DNA of 53,740 bases from Pontimonas sp. (GCA_044338275.1 JBIILX010000001.1:1-53740), one strand, 5' to 3'. Positions 1-10,312 are shown, numbered from the stretch's first letter. Notes: a model not told the origin generated them from the sequence alone. Translations and numbers: made by a program.

Positions 1-252
1 ATAACCAGCACACCAGCGAGGGGCCAGGCCCCCTCGCAGCACAAAGCCGAGAGACACCGCGGGATTGAGATGAGCACCGGAAATCGGGCCCAACGCCGTA
101 ATCAGCACAAAGAGCACTGCGACCACTGTCGCAGCGGCCAACGCGAGAGCAAAACCCGGGGACACCCCCAGGCTCGAGGCCATAAAACCTGGTCCCAGCA
201 CAGCAACCACCAGAATGAGTGTCCCGAAAAATTCACTCACAATACGCCGCAT
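1..252 (-). CDS. MIP family aquaporin/aquaglyceroporin, 5' part (runs off window)
   Basis: Manual translation MRRIVSEFFGTLILVVAV...GPISGAHLNPAVS contains the MIP signature SGxHxNPAV. Not in the ORF track because the stop lies outside the window. Confidence 0.88.
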   Translation of the reverse strand, partial: MRRIVSEFFGTLILVVAVLGPGFMASSLGVSPGFALALAAATVVAVLFVLITALGPISGAHLNPAVSLGFVLRGGLAPRWCAGY

Positions 253-355
253 TACGCCTCCTTCAACCACCTCGTGATGGCTCGAGCCAATACGGTCAAA
301 GTGAACAGAAGATGACGCAAGACATCTCAGAACTGCAACCACAGCGCACCGATTG

Positions 356-722
356 TGGAGATGCCGGGAATCGAACCCGGGTCCACTACTTCGTACCACA
401 GCCTTCTACGGGCGTATCTTGCGTAGGCGTTCTACTCGGCCCCGTTCTTTAGCGCAAGCACTTAGGACGACGGGCCCAGTCTCAGAAAAAGTCCCTGTGA
501 CCCCTGAAACACAGGTCACAAGCGAGCCTTCTAAACGACGCCAGTGGTTGAGCCGAAGGCGAGCTCAGTCTGACGGACTTGTCCGCTGCTTAGGCAGCGA
601 GAGCGAAGTCGGTGCGCTTTGTATTGGCACCTATAGGTTGCAGAGGACGTTAACGAGATAACTCTGCATTCTCGACCCGCTTCTCTGTGGAATCACAAGC
701 AATGTCGAAACCGATCATCCCC
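356..722 (-). ncRNA. ssrA: tmRNA; tag peptide ANTKRTDFALAA* at 590-628
   Basis: 5' end GGGGATGATCGGTTTCGAC; 3' tRNA-like end GGTTCGATTCCCGGCATCTCCA; internal tag ending FALAA-stop; close to smpB. Confidence 0.97.
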
Positions 723-836
723 ATGACTCTCTCTGGAACGTATGCCCCAGAGAAGCTTTAGTGTGGTGCGCTGTGGAGTTGTCTGGCGGCTAGTGCCACG
801 AAGACACGCCCCAACTATAAGCCCTGAAGCTTCGAA

Positions 837-2318
837 CTAGCTAGAGGTCGCATCGTCCTTGGTGCGAACTTTCGCATCCGAGAGGGCAAAAACCAGGGCG
901 GCTGCGATGAGCCCGACCACAACGCTCAAGGAAACAATGAAGGCGTCGTGATACGCGACACTCAAGGGCTCTTTCGCCTCATCGGCGAGAACAAAGAAGA
1001 AGACTGACAGGGCTGCCGCGAGTCCAATTGCAGTTCCAATGCGCTGGCCAACCTGAGCAAGAGAGCCGGCCAGGCCTCCCTGATGAACAGGAATGTCCTC
1101 GAGCATCAGAGTTTGATTCGGCGAGATGACCGCTCCGCCACCAGCTCCCGCCAGGGCCATCGCAAGGGCAACCGCGATGGGCATCCAGGGATCTGGAACA
1201 ACAACGCTCGCGAGTACCAACAACCCAAAGCCGGCCAACACTGCAAGCAAGCCGACCACAACCAATGGTCGGCCGCGCTTATGAACGACCTTGCCGCTTC
1301 TATACGAGGTGTAAGCAGAAATCAGCGCGAACGGGATTGTCACCATGCCGGCAACCACAGGCGCAAATCCAAGGCCCTGCTGAAGAAACAGCGTCAGAGT
1401 AATGAACGTTGCTGGCAAAGCAGCGAAATAAAAGCTTGAGATGAGAATCCCATTGCGAAAAGACGAGATGGAGAACAACTCGAAATCGATGATGGCGACC
1501 TTGCCCCTGGCCATATAAGCCTTCTCCCACAACACAAAGAGAGCCCCAGCGCCAAGCGCAACGATAAGCCACCACCAGCGGGCTGGGTTATCGGATGCGG
1601 TTCCGGTGGTCAAAACAAACGGAAGCATGAGGGAGAACGTTGTGGCGCCAAGCAACGCAGTTCCCAGTAAGTCAAAATCCTTGACCGCAGAGGATGTGTC
1701 CTGGAACTTCGGCAACAACCGATAGGCCATCACAAACGCTGCAATACCGAGGGGCACATTCATCGCAAAGAGCAAACGCCAGCCGAAGTCATCCCCGCCG
1801 ACTCCCACCAGCAGGCCACCGATCGTGGGACCAAAGGCAGTTGACAGGCCAATCACCGCTCCAAAGATTCCAAAGGCCTGCCCGCGCTCCTTTCCTTGGA
1901 AGAGTTGCTGAACCAGGCCTAGAACCTGGGGCATCAAGATTCCCGCGGCAAAGCCCTGGAATATGCGGCTCGCGATGAGCAGTTCAATGGTCGGCGCGAT
2001 CATTCCACCAAGGCTTGCCAGGGTGAACAAGGAAAGGCCAAGCAAAAACATGAAGCGCCTGGAGTAAAGATCGCCGATTCGACCCGAGGGCACCAAGACC
2101 AGACCAAATGCGAGAACAAATCCCGAGAGCAACAACTGCACCTGAGTTGCCCCAGCGCCTAGGACGGAACTAATGGCCGGGATGGCCACGTTGATCTTCG
2201 AGAGATCAAGAATTGTCAGTGATGCGACCCCGACAGCAACACCGTATGCGCTCCAGCGGGCTTTGTCACCGGATAGGTTGATGGGCTCCGTGACGGGACC
2301 CCCAGAAAACTTCGACAT
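837..2318 (-). CDS. MFS transporter, DHA2/EmrB-QacA-like
   Basis: 493 aa, many TM segments, motif A GRIGDLYSRR, GPTIGGLL. Confidence 0.88.
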   Translation of the reverse strand: MSKFSGGPVTEPINLSGDKARWSAYGVAVGVASLTILDLSKINVAIPAISSVLGAGATQVQLLLSGFVLAFGLVLVPSGRIGDLYSRRFMFLLGLSLFTLASLGGMIAPTIELLIASRIFQGFAAGILMPQVLGLVQQLFQGKERGQAFGIFGAVIGLSTAFGPTIGGLLVGVGGDDFGWRLLFAMNVPLGIAAFVMAYRLLPKFQDTSSAVKDFDLLGTALLGATTFSLMLPFVLTTGTASDNPARWWWLIVALGAGALFVLWEKAYMARGKVAIIDFELFSISSFRNGILISSFYFAALPATFITLTLFLQQGLGFAPVVAGMVTIPFALISAYTSYRSGKVVHKRGRPLVVVGLLAVLAGFGLLVLASVVVPDPWMPIAVALAMALAGAGGGAVISPNQTLMLEDIPVHQGGLAGSLAQVGQRIGTAIGLAAALSVFFFVLADEAKEPLSVAYHDAFIVSLSVVVGLIAAALVFALSDAKVRTKDDATSS

Positions 2319-2348
2319 TCTTCCCCCAGCCTACGCCAGGCAACGGAC

Positions 2349-2825
2349 CTAGTCGCCCAGTCGGTTCCTGGTCGAAATCGCACGCTTGGCTTCGCGATCA
2401 TCTTGCTTTTGGCGCAGCGCATGGCGCTTGTCGTATTCCTTTTTACCCTTGGCCACGGCAATTTCTACCTTTGCGCGACCGTCCAGAAAATAGATGCGCA
2501 AAGGCACCAGGGTGTAACCCCCGGCGGTAATTCGGTGCGCCATCTTCACAATCTGTTCCTTATGAAGCAGCAGTTTGCGCTTTCTGCGCGGTGGGTGGTT
2601 GGTCCACGTTCCCTCGTTGTATTCGGGAATGTGGACAGCCTCAAGCCAGGCTTCACCACCATCCACGGTGGCATAGCCATCAACCAGTGAAGCCCTGCCC
2701 TGGCGTAAGGACTTAACCTCGGTGCCAGTCAGGACAATCCCTGCCTCATAGGTATCTTCAATGTGGTAGTCGTAACGGGCTTTGCGGTTGGTGGCAACCA
2801 CTTTTTCGCCGCTCTCTTTCGCCAT
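2349..2825 (-). CDS. smpB: SsrA-binding protein SmpB
   Basis: NRKARYDY...[23 protein letters not shown]. Start moved to MAKESGEK, which follows GGAGG. Confidence 0.97.
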   Translation of the reverse strand: MAKESGEKVVATNRKARYDYHIEDTYEAGIVLTGTEVKSLRQGRASLVDGYATVDGGEAWLEAVHIPEYNEGTWTNHPPRRKRKLLLHKEQIVKMAHRITAGGYTLVPLRIYFLDGRAKVEIAVAKGKKEYDKRHALRQKQDDREAKRAISTRNRLGD

Positions 2826-2927
2826 GGTGCCACCTCCTTGTATTTCTCGATGCGCCGTGACATGGCCCCACTCGGTGGCCAGCCCCACAGTCTACCGCCA
2901 GGCTTTTCGGCGGGGGAGGGAGAGTTT

Positions 2928-3842
2928 TTAGGCGCGGAGGTAACGGGTGATCGAGATGTACGAAGCGACCACCGCAAGCCCAATTCCCGTAGCAAACAGA
3001 ATCGGCATGGTCGCAAATGCATCCGATGCGCCCACAAAGACCGTTGTAGGAAGGGCTTCGGTCAGATATCCCTGGACAAAGAAACGCACGATTGCCCACA
3101 CGGCCACTGAGGCGGCGGCGGCGCCAAGGGCAGCTGCCACAATTCCCTCGAGAACAAAGGGGGTTTGAATAAACCGGTTGGATGCTCCCACCAGACGCAT
3201 GATTGCCAACTCACGGCGCCTGGAAAACGCGCTCAACCGAATCGTCGTCGCAATCAGCAACGCTGCCGCCAGAAGCATCAAGCTCGCGACCGCAACAGCA
3301 GTCAAGCTACCCGCGTTCAGAAGAGCAAAGATCTGGTCCAGATAACTGCGCTGATCAATCACGCTCTCGACGCCCGGGAGACCCGAAATAGCCTCGAAGA
3401 TGAGCTCACTCTGAGTGGGATCCGCCAGGTTCACCCAGAAGGTCTCGGGCAGAAGCTCTGGGGATACCAGATCAACCACTGCTGAATCCTTGAACTGTTC
3501 GCGGAAGTTCTCGTAAGCCTGGTCGCGGTCTTCGAAGTAAAAACGATCAATATAGGGCGCAAGTGTCGAAGACTGCAGGCGTTGCTCGATGGCAAGCTTC
3601 TGATCATCGCTCGCTGCCAGCTGGTCACAGCCGCCAAGGGTTGAGAAGTCGGTACACATATAGACGGCCACTTGCGCGCGATCGAACCAGTAGTTCTTCA
3701 TTTGCTGAATCTGGGCTTGAAGCAAAATAGCCGCGCCCACAAAGGTCAAAGAAATAAAGGTGACCAAAACAATGGAAACAACCATCGAAAGGTTCCTCGC
3801 GAGGCCGGTGCCGACTTCGCGAAGGACAAACCCTAGTCTCAC
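2928..3842 (-). CDS. ftsX: Cell division permease FtsX
   Basis: TTIRLSAFSRRRELAIMRLVGASNRFIQTPFVLEG motif; downstream of ftsE. Confidence 0.95.
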   Translation of the reverse strand: MRLGFVLREVGTGLARNLSMVVSIVLVTFISLTFVGAAILLQAQIQQMKNYWFDRAQVAVYMCTDFSTLGGCDQLAASDDQKLAIEQRLQSSTLAPYIDRFYFEDRDQAYENFREQFKDSAVVDLVSPELLPETFWVNLADPTQSELIFEAISGLPGVESVIDQRSYLDQIFALLNAGSLTAVAVASLMLLAAALLIATTIRLSAFSRRRELAIMRLVGASNRFIQTPFVLEGIVAAALGAAAASVAVWAIVRFFVQGYLTEALPTTVFVGASDAFATMPILFATGIGLAVVASYISITRYLRA

Positions 3843-4672
3843 GCTCGCAACTCCCAGGGGAACGACGTCGCCGCTGTCTCAGGGTCGCTCTGGTCTGCTC
3901 CGCGGATCGGTGTGGGGGAGACAAGCCCAGCTTCTTCATCGGTGATGATGGGGCTTGGCGCAGTGTCGAGTTCGCCAAAGGGAATGCTGGTGGTCTCGTA
4001 GCCACCCTCGTGCTCGTCACGAACAATGCGTCCCGCAGAAATTTCCACCACTCGGCGCTGCATTTGGTTCACAATCCCCGAATCATGAGTCGCCATAATC
4101 ACGGTGGTTCCCGAAGCGTTGATTCTTGAGAGAACGTTCATGATTCCGGCACTCGTGGACGGGTCTAAGTTTCCGGTGGGCTCATCAGCCAACAGAATAG
4201 AGGGCTTATTGACCGCCGCGCGGGCAATCGCCACTCTCTGCTGCTCACCGCCGGAGAGCTCGTGGGGATAGTTCTTGGCTTTCTGGGCCAGCCCAACAGT
4301 CTGCAATATATCGGGCACTGCTTCGTGAATAAAGCCTGAGCTCTGTCCGATTACGCGCAACGTAAAGGCAACATTGTCGAAGACGGTTTTCTGGGGAAGC
4401 AAACGGAAGTCTTGGAATACAACGCCAAGATTGCGGCGAAATAAGGGAACTTTTCGACTCGGAATACGGCGCAGATCTTGGCCGAGGACATGGACATTTC
4501 CGGCATTGGGGCGCTCTTCCTTCAGGATTAGCCGCAGGAAGCTTGACTTGCCCGAGCCAGAAGCACCGACCAGGAAGACGAATTCGCCGGCACCAATGTT
4601 GATGCTGACGTTGCTGAGCGCGGGCTTAGGCGCACCCCGATACATTTTTGTGACGTCTTCAAAGAGAATCAT
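3839..4672 (-). CDS. ftsE: Cell division ATP-binding protein FtsE
   Basis: Walker A GASGSGKS, VFQDFRLL, LSGGEQQRV, DEPTGNLD; prfB-ftsE-ftsX-smpB synteny. Confidence 0.95.
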   Translation of the reverse strand: MILFEDVTKMYRGAPKPALSNVSINIGAGEFVFLVGASGSGKSSFLRLILKEERPNAGNVHVLGQDLRRIPSRKVPLFRRNLGVVFQDFRLLPQKTVFDNVAFTLRVIGQSSGFIHEAVPDILQTVGLAQKAKNYPHELSGGEQQRVAIARAAVNKPSILLADEPTGNLDPSTSAGIMNVLSRINASGTTVIMATHDSGIVNQMQRRVVEISAGRIVRDEHEGGYETTSIPFGELDTAPSPIITDEEAGLVSPTPIRGADQSDPETAATSFPWELRA

Positions 4673-4711
4673 GGCACCTCAAGCCTAGATTCGAGGGGGC
4701 CGAAATCCGCC

Positions 4712-5824
4712 TTACGACACCCTCTGTGCGCTTTTGCGCCAACGGATGCCGGCCTGAATGAAACCATCCAAATCACCGTCAAAGACGGCGCTCGGGTTGT
4801 TCACTTCATAGTCGGAGCGCAAGTCCTTGACCATTTGGTAGGGAGCGAGAACATAGCTGCGCATCTGGTCGCCCCAGCTGGCAGTGATGGTCCCGGCAAG
4901 CTCTTTCTTCTTGGCCATTTCCTCTTCGCGCTGAAGCAGGACCAACCTGCTCTGGAGCACTCGAAGTGCTGCAGCTTTGTTTTGAATCTGGCTTTTCTCG
5001 TTTTGACAGCTCACGACGATGCCGCTCGGGATATGGGTAATCCGGACCGCAGAGTCTGTCGTGTTCACCGACTGGCCACCGGGACCCGACGAGCGGAAGA
5101 CATCGATGCGCAAATCGGACTCTGGAAGATCCACTTCGGTGGCCTCGACCATCAGTGGCACGACTTCGACAGCGGCAAACGACGTCTGACGTTTACCAGC
5201 GGAGTTAAAGGGGCTCATCCGAACAAGGCGGTGGGTTCCTGCCTCAACGCTGAGGGTCCCAAAAGCATAGGGAGCATCAATCTGGAGGGTTGCGCTCTTG
5301 ATGCCGGCTTCTTCGGCATAGCTGGTGTCGAGAATGGTGGCGGAATGGCCGTGGGCTTCAGCCCACCTCGTATACATCCGCAACAACATTTCAGCGAAGT
5401 CGGCCGCGTCAACGCCGCCAGCACCAGCACGGATGGTGACGACCGCCGGGAGGGCGTCGTATTCGCCATCGAGCAGCGTCTGGACTTCCATGATGCCAAG
5501 CAGTGCCTCGAGGTCGGCAAGTTCTTTCGTGACCTCGGCAGCGGAGTCACTATCCCCAGCCTCATCTGCCATATCGATCAAGACATCGATATCTCTCAGG
5601 CGCTGGGTGATTTCCGCAATCCTCGCAAGCTCCGTCTGACGGTGGCTCAGCGCACTCGTGATTCTCTGAGCGGCCTCGGTGTCGTCCCACAAGTTAGGGG
5701 CAGAGGCCTGTTCGGATAAGGAAGCAATCTCGATCTTCAGGCTCTCCGGGTCCAACACCGCCTCAATGGTGGCGAAGGTGGAGCGAAGCGCGGCAATGCG
5801 GGCCTGAATGTCGAGTTCGCTCAT
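4712..5824 (-). CDS. prfB: Peptide chain release factor 2
   Basis: GGQ motif ([10 protein letters not shown]) and SPF tripeptide; continuous ORF. Confidence 0.97.
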   Translation of the reverse strand: MSELDIQARIAALRSTFATIEAVLDPESLKIEIASLSEQASAPNLWDDTEAAQRITSALSHRQTELARIAEITQRLRDIDVLIDMADEAGDSDSAAEVTKELADLEALLGIMEVQTLLDGEYDALPAVVTIRAGAGGVDAADFAEMLLRMYTRWAEAHGHSATILDTSYAEEAGIKSATLQIDAPYAFGTLSVEAGTHRLVRMSPFNSAGKRQTSFAAVEVVPLMVEATEVDLPESDLRIDVFRSSGPGGQSVNTTDSAVRITHIPSGIVVSCQNEKSQIQNKAAALRVLQSRLVLLQREEEMAKKKELAGTITASWGDQMRSYVLAPYQMVKDLRSDYEVNNPSAVFDGDLDGFIQAGIRWRKSAQRVS

Positions 5825-5836
5825 AGCCCTCTCAGA

Positions 5837-6541
5837 CTAGTCGAGCCCCTGAAAACTAGTGCTCGGTAGGTCCTTCTCCTCGCCGGCAAGCGCGTCAACA
5901 ATTCTCCGCGCAACAGCCTGCGGAGCAAGCCCGGTGGGGAACGCCGGGCGCTCTCCGGCAAGCGGGTGCAGAGAGAGTTCAGTCTCGGTGTGACCGGGGC
6001 GCGCATCAATAAGACGGATACCAAGGCGGCGGAGCTCGCGACCCGCAGCCACGCCAAAGGCGTGCAGGGCCGACTTGACTGCCGAGTAAGCAGCAAGGCC
6101 AGCAGTCGGGGCTTCAGCGACCACACCACTGAGGGTCACCACCACGGGAGCCTTACCCGCCTCCGCACTGGCAGTGAGGGCTGGCAACGCTGCACGTTGA
6201 ACACTCATCCAGCCTCTGGTGTTGACTCTCCAGAGTGCATCCGCAAGATCATCAGTGACCTCGGCAATCGACCCAAACGCCACAGCGCCTGCGGCATAGA
6301 CCACACCATCGAGAGCGTTGTGGGCATCTAGCGCGGCCTGAACATAGGACTCCGGAACGCCGGGGGCAGTGACATCGCCCGTGACGATGGCTCCTGGGAC
6401 ACCGAGGCCCTGGAGAGCCGCGGCATTACGGCCAGCAAGAGTCAGGAGGGCGCCGCGCTGGTGCAGCTCGCGTGCTATTTCCGCACCGAGTCCCCCGCTA
6501 GCGCCAACAATAAGAAAGGAACGTCCAGTCAATTCAGTCAT
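5837..6541 (-). CDS. Short-chain dehydrogenase/reductase
   Basis: GASGGLG Rossmann motif and YSAVK (YxxxK). Confidence 0.88.
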   Translation of the reverse strand: MTELTGRSFLIVGASGGLGAEIARELHQRGALLTLAGRNAAALQGLGVPGAIVTGDVTAPGVPESYVQAALDAHNALDGVVYAAGAVAFGSIAEVTDDLADALWRVNTRGWMSVQRAALPALTASAEAGKAPVVVTLSGVVAEAPTAGLAAYSAVKSALHAFGVAAGRELRRLGIRLIDARPGHTETELSLHPLAGERPAFPTGLAPQAVARRIVDALAGEEKDLPSTSFQGLD

Positions 6542-6586
6542 GACCGGAATCGTGCCAGAGAAACCTGCGCTATTGCCCAGAAACGC

Positions 6587-7009
6587 TCAACGAATGATGA
6601 CGTGGGCACGAGCGGTGGCGAGAAGTTGGAGTTGCTGAGGAAAGAAATCGGATACCACTGGCGGCGCCCAAACAGAGGAAAGAGTCACCTCTGCTACGCG
6701 CCCATCCGGAGCGACGGCCCGTTCAATCCTCACGTCCCGAAGGACCCCCACCCCGGCGCGAGACAGATAGTTCTCCACTGAAGCCAAGACACCCCCCGAG
6801 GTGAGGGGCGCTTCGACGCCCGCCCCCGTCAGGCGCACGGTCTGGAGAGAGAAACTCTCCGCTGCCACCACTGCGGCGGAATCTGCCAGGGCGTAGAGAC
6901 GTTGCCGCTCGAGTAGCAGGGACGTTGCGGAGGTCACACCGAAAACCATGACGAGCGCTAGGGCAACAGCACCTCCAACGAGCGGCAGGATGCTCCCTCG
7001 CTCGCTCAC
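6587..7009 (-). CDS. TadG/TadE-like pilus-associated protein
   Basis: GTG start giving (M)SERGSILPL followed by a hydrophobic helix; ADSAAVVAAE motif; GTGA overlap with the upstream gene. Confidence 0.75.
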   Translation of the reverse strand: MSERGSILPLVGGAVALALVMVFGVTSATSLLLERQRLYALADSAAVVAAESFSLQTVRLTGAGVEAPLTSGGVLASVENYLSRAGVGVLRDVRIERAVAPDGRVAEVTLSSVWAPPVVSDFFPQQLQLLATARAHVIIR

Positions 7010-7455
7010 GGAGCGCCCCCGTATCGGGAGACCATGGCGCTCGCCTGCGAAACCACCGGAATGGTGGCCTTGCCCAGGAAACCCGGGAGGAAGGGGGAAG
7101 AGAACAAAGGCGCCTCGACACCCACCCGAATCAACACAATGGTTCCAGGCGCCACGCACTCGACACTCGAGCAGGAGCGCTCCAGTATCGATGCCGCGTC
7201 AAACCCGTGGTTGGCCAGTGCAAGTGCAACAGCCTGCTCGGCACGGGTTCCCGCGACCTGCAGATTCGACTCCTGCACAAAAAACCTCGCTGCATTCCTA
7301 GCGGCTGCCTCAGTGGCCAGCGCTGCGTTTTGAATGGACGAGAGGCTCATTGCCAAGAACATCACAGGAATCAGCAGCACGGTTGCTGCGGTCAGAAACT
7401 CCAGGGACGCGCGTCCCGACTCCGGCCCGCTACCGCGCGCGCTCAAGAGGAGCAT
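7006..7455 (-). CDS. TadE-like pseudopilin
   Basis: ESGRASLEF + TM helix + AAARNAAR; start at MLLLSARG inferred. Confidence 0.78.
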   Translation of the reverse strand: MLLLSARGSGPESGRASLEFLTAATVLLIPVMFLAMSLSSIQNAALATEAAARNAARFFVQESNLQVAGTRAEQAVALALANHGFDAASILERSCSSVECVAPGTIVLIRVGVEAPLFSSPFLPGFLGKATIPVVSQASAMVSRYGGAP

Positions 7456-7807
7456 GGGCCTCAACCTCCAAAACGCCCCCGACGCTCCACAGGCCGAGCG
7501 CTGGGAACGGAGCAGTGATGGAGACCCGGGCACTAGGAATACCGATCACATAAGACCTGCTCACCCGAATGTTCTCTGCATAGCGGGGCGACAGTGACGC
7601 CGTCACGAGAGCGCGGGTGTGGTGGATGGCAGCCTCGGGCGACACGTCCGCCAATCCAGCTTGTCGCGCGCCCTCGGCCGCAGCGGCGATGAGGGTGTGG
7701 CGGACATAGCTGACCATGATGACCTGCATGACGCCGAGCACGAGTGCCACCAACAGGGCGCTGACCATCACAAACTCAGCCGGAGCATTCCCCCGCTCCG
7801 AGGACAT
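7430..7807 (-). CDS. TadE family pseudopilin
   Basis: MSSERGNAPAEF + TM helix + AAAEGAR; TAATG coupling to the upstream pilin gene. Confidence 0.82.
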   Translation of the reverse strand: MSSERGNAPAEFVMVSALLVALVLGVMQVIMVSYVRHTLIAAAAEGARQAGLADVSPEAAIHHTRALVTASLSPRYAENIRVSRSYVIGIPSARVSITAPFPALGLWSVGGVLEVEAHAPLERAR

Positions 7808-7968
7808 TAGAAACCTGTCACCCGAGTGATGGCCTGTTCGAATACCCCGGAGAGTGCGGGCCCGGCAGCTGACCAAATCACCACCACCAAACCGGCTGTC
7901 ATGAGTGTTATTAGTACCCAGCCAGGGACGTCACCTTTCTCTCCGGGATGGTTCTCGAATGTGTTCAT
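7807..7968 (-). CDS. Small Flp-like prepilin, 53 aa (chimeric: island-supplied leader + chromosomal mature part)
   Basis: MNTFENHPGEKG-DVPGWVLITLMTAGLVVVIWSAAGPALSGVFEQAITRVTGF*; RBS GAGGAAGG; directly upstream of three TadE-like genes; below the ORF-track cutoff. Confidence 0.8.
   Translation of the reverse strand: MNTFENHPGEKGDVPGWVLITLMTAGLVVVIWSAAGPALSGVFEQAITRVTGF
7917..7936. repeat. 20-bp core, copy 1 (chromosomal pilin 3' part joined to island arm)
   Basis: CCCAGCCAGGGACGTCACCT; identical to 26831-26850 and 19/20 to 22978-22997. Confidence 0.92.
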
Positions 7969-7998
7969 GGCTTTTCCCTTCCTCACCTGTTGACCAAA

Positions 7999-8040
7999 AG
8001 GCTAATCAAGGTTGCCAGTGGTCGGGGGAAGTTATCCCCA
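7999..8040 (-). promoter_or_regulatory. Putative pilin promoter: TGGGGATAACTTC-N23-TAGCCT
   Basis: Same motif and spacing recur at 23058-23099, 26913-26954 and 29927-29968. Confidence 0.65.
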
Positions 8041-8227
8041 AGTGTGGGGGGGCGATTGTCGAGGCTCGTCTCGCCAGAATCGGGGCACATCGCAGGCACC
8101 AAACCACGACACGAGTACGAACGTGGCCGTGTGACCAGACCTGTCACCTAAACCTGCATCAGCCCCGTTCGACTTGGTGCGCTTACGGTTTTGGAACTAG
8201 CGAACGGCTTAGCTTCTCGCTAAGTAG

Positions 8228-9586
8228 TTAGTCTTCTTGACTAAAGAAGACAACTTTTTCTTCAGTGAAGTGATGCGGGGCGTCCGGTCCTAGTTCCCGG
8301 CCCATTCCGGACTGCTTCATTCCTCCGAATGGTGTGCTGTACCTGAGGGAAGAGTGAGAGTTCACAGACAGGTTGCCGCTCTTTACAGATCTAGCAACTC
8401 TGATTGCGCGAGCGCTGTCCTTGGTCCAAATAGAACCGGATAGTCCGTACTCAGTTGCGTTAGCAATCTGGATAGCTTCGGCTTCGTTTTCAAACTTGTA
8501 CACGGTCACGACCGGACCAAAGATTTCTTCCGCCATGCAACGATCGTTGAGGGATTTTGCTACCACTACGGTTGGTGCAAAGAAGAAGCCCTTGCCCGAT
8601 GGAGCACTGCCTTTAAAAGCCACCTCAGCACCGTCTAGAAAGCCCGTGACGGTCTCCAAGTGTTTCTTGCTCACCAATGGCCCAACTTCGGTTCCGGAAA
8701 GAGATGGGTCTCCAACTTTGACTCCAGCCACGGCTGGTTCAAGGGCGGTCATGAACTTGTCAAAGACATTTGCCTGCACCAGAATTCTTGATCTTGCGCA
8801 GCAATCCTGGCCAGCGTTTTCGAACACCGCGTAGGGAGCGCTCTTGGCAGCTTTTGCAATGTCAGCATCATCAAAGATGATGTTTGCACTTTTGCCACCC
8901 AGCTCTAGAGTTATGCGCTTTACCTGATCTGCTGCCTGGCTCATGATGATCTTACCAACTGCGGTTGAGCCGGTGAAAACGATCTTGCCGACTTTTTCAT
9001 TAGTGACTAGACGGTTTCCAACAACTTGTCCCTTGCCGTTTACAACTTGAAGTAGGTGCTCGGGAAGCCCTGCTTCAAGAGCAAGTTCTGCAAGTCGCAT
9101 TGATGTCAGTGGTGTCCACTCAGCGGGTTTTAGAACCACTGCGTTTCCTGCTGCAAGTGCTGGGGCAAATCCCCATCCCGCGATAGGCATTGGGTAATTC
9201 CAAGGTGTGATCATTCCAACAACGCCAATTGGTTCGTGGAAGGTAACTGCGATGCCGCCCGCCACAGGTATTTGCTTGCCCATTAGTCGCTCTGGTGCGC
9301 CGGAGTAGTATTCCAAAACATCGCGAACGTTGGCGGCTTCGTAGCGGGCCTGATCGATGGGGTGTCCGGAGTTTCTAACCTCCAATTGCGCGAGGTTCTC
9401 GTTGTCTTGATCAACCGCTATTGCAAAGCGTCTGAGAAGTTTTGCTCTATCTGCCGGGGAAAGTGATTCCCACTTCTGTTGAGCCTTCACGGCTCTGTCA
9501 ATTGCCTGATCTGTTTGACCAACATCGAGATGCTCGATTGTTTCCATCGACTCTTCGGTGGTTGGGTTGATTAGGGTGTAGCTCAC
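8228..9586 (-). CDS. Aldehyde dehydrogenase (PuuC/PatD-like)
   Basis: ITPWNYP, FTGSTAVG, LELGGKS, NAGQDCCAR, EEIFGPV; GTG start at (M)SYTLINP. Confidence 0.9.
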   Translation of the reverse strand: MSYTLINPTTEESMETIEHLDVGQTDQAIDRAVKAQQKWESLSPADRAKLLRRFAIAVDQDNENLAQLEVRNSGHPIDQARYEAANVRDVLEYYSGAPERLMGKQIPVAGGIAVTFHEPIGVVGMITPWNYPMPIAGWGFAPALAAGNAVVLKPAEWTPLTSMRLAELALEAGLPEHLLQVVNGKGQVVGNRLVTNEKVGKIVFTGSTAVGKIIMSQAADQVKRITLELGGKSANIIFDDADIAKAAKSAPYAVFENAGQDCCARSRILVQANVFDKFMTALEPAVAGVKVGDPSLSGTEVGPLVSKKHLETVTGFLDGAEVAFKGSAPSGKGFFFAPTVVVAKSLNDRCMAEEIFGPVVTVYKFENEAEAIQIANATEYGLSGSIWTKDSARAIRVARSVKSGNLSVNSHSSLRYSTPFGGMKQSGMGRELGPDAPHHFTEEKVVFFSQED

Positions 9587-9597
9587 TGTGGGTTCTC

Positions 9598-10311
9598 TCA
9601 GACTGTCTTGGTGGCTTTGATAAACGAGGTGAAGATTCGTAAGTCTTCTAGGTCTTGCTCTGGGTGCCACTGCACTGCAACACCGAAGCGATGGTTTTGA
9701 AGCTCCAGTCCTTCGATGACGCCGTCGGTGGTTCTGGCTGTCACAACCAAGTCTTTGCCTAGTTGGTCTACTGACTGGTGGTGATACATAAGTGCATTGC
9801 CAACTTCAGGGCCAACCATCTCAAACAACTTGTTTCCTGGTTCTATCTGAACCGGCACCGGATTGAAAACTCCCTTTTCAATTTGGTACATCTCGGTTCC
9901 AATTACATCGGGCAGATGCTGAATCAAAGTTCCACCCATAACTACGTTGAGAAGTTGGGCCCCGCGGCAAATCCCTAAAAATGGAAAATTATTATCAATT
10001 GCAGCTTTTAGAAGCGTTGCTTCTGTCTCGTCTCGAAGCAGATCTGGTTCATCGGTAAGTGGCGCTGAATCCTGGCCGTATCTGGCTGGATTTAGATCTC
10101 TACCACCGGTTATTACAAGTCCATCGAGGCTCTGCAGGGTCTGCCAGGCTTCTGAGGAAGAAAGTTTTTGAGGTGGTAGCAGAACCGCTACACCACCGGA
10201 TTTTTCAACAGCGTCGATGTAAAAACTTGGAATGAAGGCCATCTCGGTATCCCAGATACCGGATTGGCCGCGCTGACGATATGTGGTTAGTCCAATTAGT
10301 GGTTTGCTCAA
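9598..10311 (-). CDS. Gamma-glutamyl-amide hydrolase, PuuD/peptidase C26 family
   Basis: KPLIGLT, LGICRGAQ, HHQ, VQWHPE. Confidence 0.88.
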   Translation of the reverse strand: MSKPLIGLTTYRQRGQSGIWDTEMAFIPSFYIDAVEKSGGVAVLLPPQKLSSSEAWQTLQSLDGLVITGGRDLNPARYGQDSAPLTDEPDLLRDETEATLLKAAIDNNFPFLGICRGAQLLNVVMGGTLIQHLPDVIGTEMYQIEKGVFNPVPVQIEPGNKLFEMVGPEVGNALMYHHQSVDQLGKDLVVTARTTDGVIEGLELQNHRFGVAVQWHPEQDLEDLRIFTSFIKATKTV

Positions 10312-10312
10312 T

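Noticed and set aside
4712-5824. Programmed +1 frameshift in prfB
   Set aside because: The ORF is continuous with no CTT-TGA slip site near the start, which is normal for Actinobacteria.
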